A DNA stretch of 64,000 nt from Cyanophora paradoxa CCMP329 (Eukaryota; Plantae; Glaucophyta). The stretch spans positions 124,001-188,000 of the forward strand of contig QPMI01000621.1 of NCBI GenBank assembly GCA_004431415.1, read 5' to 3'. Below are positions 59,473 through 64,000 of the stretch, piece after piece; the first letter of the stretch is position 1; every line of letters begins with the position of its first letter. A model generated the notes under the pieces. That model did no database searches and was not told the origin of the DNA. It worked only from the letters and a program-made list of their open reading frames with translations. The translations under genes were made by a program, and so were the position numbers.

Positions 59473-59832
59473 CTGTAGGAATGCTTAAATTGCCGCGTAG
59501 TTAAATTGCCGAATTCGACCAAAACTGGAATTGCCGTGGCGATAAATTGCGGGCTAGGAAAGTACCTACCCCACAAGCGCAGTGGTATAAGGTCGTGCTA
59601 CGACCTCCCGGATTCCCGGGTTCGGTTCCTGCTGTTTCCGCTACGTTGTACTTCGAATCCCTGTGATTCCCGATACCGTGACTTGTATCCTCGTTGTGTA
59701 CTACGAGTGGGCACGCCCACCGTAGATCTTTAAAAAAAAAAACAAGCAATTGCCGTAATGCTAAATTGCCGAATTCGGCCTCTCGGCAATTTACGGCAAT
59801 TCAAAACATCGGCTAAAAAAGCATTCCTACAG
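59473..59832. mobile_element. Inner MITE (Tc1/mariner type)
   Basis: Perfect 14-bp TIR CTGTAGGAATGCTT / AAGCATTCCTACAG, TA duplication, and many AATTGCCG sub-terminal repeats in both orientations. Confidence 0.88.
59568..59742 (+). mobile_element. tRNA-derived SINE
   Basis: A-box-like AGCGCAGTGG, B-box-like GGTTCGGTTCC, 3' hairpin 59701-59725 and an A11 tail. Confidence 0.75.
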
Positions 59833-60122
59833 TATTATTGTGTTATACGGTAGCTAGGCTCGCCGCGACTCGGCGAGTCGAGCAGGTGCATCACCGTGCA
59901 TGCGCATGCTCGCCGACTCGACGCCGAGTCGAGCAGGCCGCGCGCCGGGCGCACACGCCGCGCGTACCGTAGTACGTACGTACGTCTACCGTAGTACGTC
60001 TGCAGAGATCTAGAGCAAAGACAGCTTTCAGTTTAATTTGAGGCGCTGCGGAAGCATCGCGCATCGGGAGCTCGAGCAGATCCTGCAGCACATTTAAGTT
60101 TCAATTGCAAGCTTTGAAAAGA

Positions 60123-63047
60123 ATGGGCGTCGGGTCGTCGGTCAGCAGCTGGGGGAGCGCCGAGGCGTGCTCGGCGGCGGTCACCGGGACGGCCCTCTCC
60201 AACCTCGCTCTGGACCGCAAGGCCGAGCTCCAGGACTACCTCGACGTCTGCTCGGCGCCCGGGGCCACGCACTTCTCCTCCGTGAAAACGAAGCTCAGCG
60301 GCACGACGAAGGCCTGCGAGCCATGGCGCGCCCGCCCGCCGACGCCGCCCCGTCGACGTCGACGCCGACGCCCTTCGATTCTTTGCTGACTCGTGGTCAT
60401 CGATATATATATCGCGCGCGCAGCAAGGCGCTGTCGAAGGTCCAGACGTACAGCGCCCCCGACTGCGCTTCCAGCGGGCCGGCGCTCTACTCGAAGGTCT
60501 TCGAGGGGGAGCTCACGAACCAGGCCCTCGCGGACTCGTGCGGCGCCTCGGGCGCGGCGTACTACGCGTCGACCAAGGGCACGAACGGGGGCTCGGAGGT
60601 CACCTGCACAAAGTGGTGCGCCCGGCCAGCGCGCTCGCTCGCATAAAATTACAAATCTAAATGGATCCGAATTCGAAGTCTTCAGCTGAATATTTAATGT
60701 GCATCCACGTGCACGCGCGCGCAGCCCGGCGGTGACGGCGGTCTACTCGTACTCGAGCGCGGCGGCGTCGTGGAAGCCGGCCGTCTGCTCGCCGACGTCC
60801 GTGGCCGCCGTCAAGTACCACTACGGGGCCCTCCCCGCCGGGTCCCCCGAGCTCTCCGCCGACGTCGCCTGCGACCCCGAGGACTCGCACGCCTTCGCCG
60901 CCAAGGGGCTCAACGGCGGCACCTCCACCGCCTGCGCCCACTGGTCCGCCCGCTCCCCCCCCCCCCCCCCCCCCTCCCCTAAGCCTGAGACGCGGCACGC
61001 GCGCGCAGCCCGGCGCGCAGCATCGTGACGGCGTACCCCTGGGACAACTGCGAGGCCGCCGGCGCGGCGTACACCGCCGCGCGGGCCGAGAAGCAGGCCG
61101 GCGTGGACAAGCTCATGAGCAAGGGGCCGGAGCCGCTGCTGCTCGAGGACGTGGAGGTCCTCCAGAACGCGCAGCTCGCCGTGGACGCCCTCACGCGCGA
61201 GTTCGGCGCCCAGGCGCGGCAGCTCGACGACTTCAAAGACCCCGTGCGCATTATTATATATATGCTAAAAATTATATATCGATTCATATTAATGCTGAGC
61301 TTGGCCCTATGTACGTATACGTATGTATATCGCTGATCGCGGCGGACTCGCCGCGCCGCAGTGGTTGAACCTGCAGGGGGTTCTGTCCGCCGGCAGGCTG
61401 ACGGAGGGGGAGGGGAAGGAGCTGGTGCGGCTCGCTTCGGACCTGGCGGACGAGACGGACGGGAGCGCGCGGGTGAGCAGCTTCGACGGGACGGGCTGGG
61501 CGGAGCAGGCGGCGGCCATGGAGGCCGCCTGCCAGAACCTCTACACGGAGTTCCAGGGCTGGTGGGGCGGCCAGACGGGCCTCCTCTCCGCCGCCCGCTA
61601 CCAGTCCTTCCCCTTCAAGAGCGTCTCCGTCTCCAAGGGGACCTGGTGCGGTACCCGTCCCACACGCGCCCCCCCCCCTCCCCCCTTCCCCCCCCCAACC
61701 CGCCCCCGCCCCTCTTTCTCCCCCCACTCCCGGCCCCCTCCCCTCCCGCGCGTTCTCCTCCCGCCCCCTTCACCATCCTCTACCAGCCCCCCTTCCCCCC
61801 CCCCCCCCCCCCCCCCCCGGCTCTTCATCATCCTCTCCCAGCCTCCCACGCCGCCCGCCCCCGACCCCGGTCCCCCACCCTTTCACCTCCCCTTCCCCGA
61901 CCCTTCCCCGCCCTTCCTCCTCCTCCTCCTCCTCCTCCTCCTTCCTCCCTCCCTGCCCCCCCCCCCCCCCCCCCCCCAACCCTTATTAAGTTATTCAGAC
62001 TCCCTAACTCTGGCCCCGCCCCTTTCCGGACTTTCCGGAGTCCCCCGTCCCCACGCCGGCGCCCTGCACCGACGTCATATGCTTGCTGGGCCATGACCAC
62101 TGCCACCGCAGGCTTGGCAAGGAAGCTGCGTGCACGCCCTGGTGCGGATGCGCCCCTCGCCCCACCCCACCCACCCCCACCACCCACCCCACCACCCACC
62201 CTCACCCCACCCCCACGTTGATGTTGATATTATTCGGGGCGCCACGTGCACAGCCGCTGGAACAAGACCATTTACGAGTGCTACAAGGACTCGTCGTGCG
62301 GCACCAAGCTCTCGGAGTCCGATGCGCACAGCGGGTCCGCCCTATATATATATATATATAACATAGCTAGGCCTCGGGCCCCGCCTCGCCCGCCTCGCGA
62401 TATGGATCGCCCTGATGGCCGCCGGCGCCCTCAGCTGTGAGAGCCTCACAGCCGACGGCTCCAGGGCCTACTACGTAGTCGTACGCGCCCGGCCCCCGCA
62501 TGCGCACTAGTACTCGCGCACGCCTTTCGATTGGGCCAAGGCCGACGGGAGGGGCACGCGGGCAGCGCACGGAGAACTGCACGGCGTGGGGCGGCTGCGC
62601 GCAGGCGTCGCGCTCGCAGTGCTTCTCCTGGAACAAGCGGGACCACCTCGACAGCGATACGCAGGCAAGGCCGCGCGCGGCGCCATTCATATACGCAGCC
62701 GATATCGATGCCTCCGCGGCGCGCGCAGGAGACCGAGGAGGAGGAGGAGGAGGGGTGGGGGGCGGAGGTCGAGGGGGACCTGGAGGGGGTGGGCCTCGCC
62801 GCCGACAATCGCACCAATGATCGAGACGAGCTCCCTGGGGCTGCAACGGCCCACGCCACGGCCCGCGCCACGGCCCTCCCAGCGCCTTGCTCGCGCTCGC
62901 CGCCTGCGCCCAGGTGCGCATGCCCCGCGCCCCGCGGCCGGCCGCGGGCTCGGCGGCTTCTGCGACGGCCGCGGGCCTTCTGATCGAGTGCCTTCTCCCG
63001 TCGCGGCCCCCCGCCGGCCGGCTCGCAGACTGCGGATCCGGAGCTGA
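60123..63047 (+). CDS. Cys-rich hypothetical protein, multi-exon (possibly partial or pseudogene)
   Basis: Coding-like exons repeatedly ending C-x-x-W (ACEPW, TCTKW, ACAHW, ACTPW). Boundaries are uncertain. Confidence 0.45.
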
Positions 63048-63673
63048 TGGAGGATTCGATCGCGATGTAAGACTCAATTCTTTTGGCCTAGCACTAGTAC
63101 TACGGAATTCGAATACCGTAGTACCGCAGTAGTACGTATACGTATACGTAGAATCGCGACTGGAAAAATACAATGTACAGAACTAGTACGTATACGTATA
63201 CTAGCCTAGTAGTACTCGAGCCTCGGAGATCTATATATAGCTAGATCTAGATCTTCAGGGCTTCCGCTCATGATCAGCGGCTTTAGCAAGACTGGAATTT
63301 GCATCGCGATCATCGGATCGCCGGGAAGTGATCGTGAAGCACAAATCAAATTAGACTCTGCATGAGAGCCAGCGCTAACCGCTGATCAAGCCTGGTCACG
63401 GGTTGATCCCCCCCCCTTCCCTGCAGCTTTAATTTAATTCTCCGTTTCCCGGCCCCGGCCCCTCCTTTAATTTCCTGTTCCATTTGCTTCGAGCGCTCAG
63501 AATCTCTCCACTTCTTCAATGATTTATAATTACATTTATACGTATGGACATCATGCTCACCATGGCATGCGCGAGCCTAATAGGCGATGCGCCCTACTAC
63601 ATCTTTACATGCGCCGCGGTACGGCTACAAATGGTTCAGATCTAGAGGTTCAAGTTCAAGATCGTGATCGTGA

Positions 63674-63905
63674 TCAGAGGACCCTGGAGAGGAAGGACTT
63701 GCTGACCTCGACGCAGTGCGAGAGGAGGGCGTGCGGGACCTTGACCTTGGTCGCCACGCCCCGGGCGACGCAGAAGAGTACGGTGGCGAGGACGAGCAGG
63801 GCGGCGAGGGCGCCCGCGATCCACGAGAGGTCCTTGGCGCTGAAGGACTCCAAAAGGGCCTTCAGCTTCGCCGCCCGGTCCCTCGCGACCTCCACCACGA
63901 TCTCC
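63674..63905 (-). CDS. Last exon of a membrane protein gene continuing beyond the window
   Basis: Acceptor CAG near 63906 and TM WIAGALAALLVLATVLFCVA. Confidence 0.55.
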
Positions 63906-64000
63906 TGAGCGCGCGCGAGAGTGCACGTGAGACCTCTGCCCTTACTACGGCGGCGCCTCGCGCGTGCGCACGAAGGGCCTCGAGAGGAATGGAAGCACGA

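Larger units (their letters stand above)
59014..59850. mobile_element. Non-autonomous Tc1/mariner-pogo-like element (outer MITE)
   Basis: TA|CCGTGTAACACAAAAATA ... TATTATTGTGTTATACGG|TA imperfect TIRs with TA flanks, plus internal direct repeats. Confidence 0.75.

Noticed and set aside
59568-59640. Functional tRNA gene
   Set aside because: There is no acceptor-stem pairing or canonical anticodon loop, and it is followed by a body and poly(A), so it is read as a SINE head.

Overview
Eukaryotic, very GC-rich, intron-dense algal genomic DNA. Plastid-type transit peptides with an early Phe suggest a glaucophyte-like host (inference). Bases 1-4469 are a sharply AT-rich, intronless, gene-dense block, read here as the right end of an endogenous Polinton-like dsDNA virus. 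It encodes a membrane protein tail, a probable penton fused to phage-type fibre repeats and a lectin-like tip (broken by a host poly(A) retroelement), a C1q-tipped fibre with a small partner gene, and a zinc-ribbon protein, followed by sub-terminal CTTACTGAG repeats. The block abuts, and probably inserted into, a Gypsy LTR retrotransposon (integrase and putative 3' LTR), which in turn abuts a decayed L1/Tx1-type LINE. The rest is host DNA: TLDc protein, SNM1 nuclease, PLAC8 protein, two F-box/LRR genes, a Cys-repeat surface protein, a bacterial-type threonine aldolase, kinesin-14, a RING membrane protein, several orphan genes, and a MITE>MITE>tRNA-SINE nest. Dead duplicates and intergenic DNA show recurrent palindrome-creating micro-insertions. 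All assignments come from reading motifs by eye, no searches were run, and exon boundaries are approximate.
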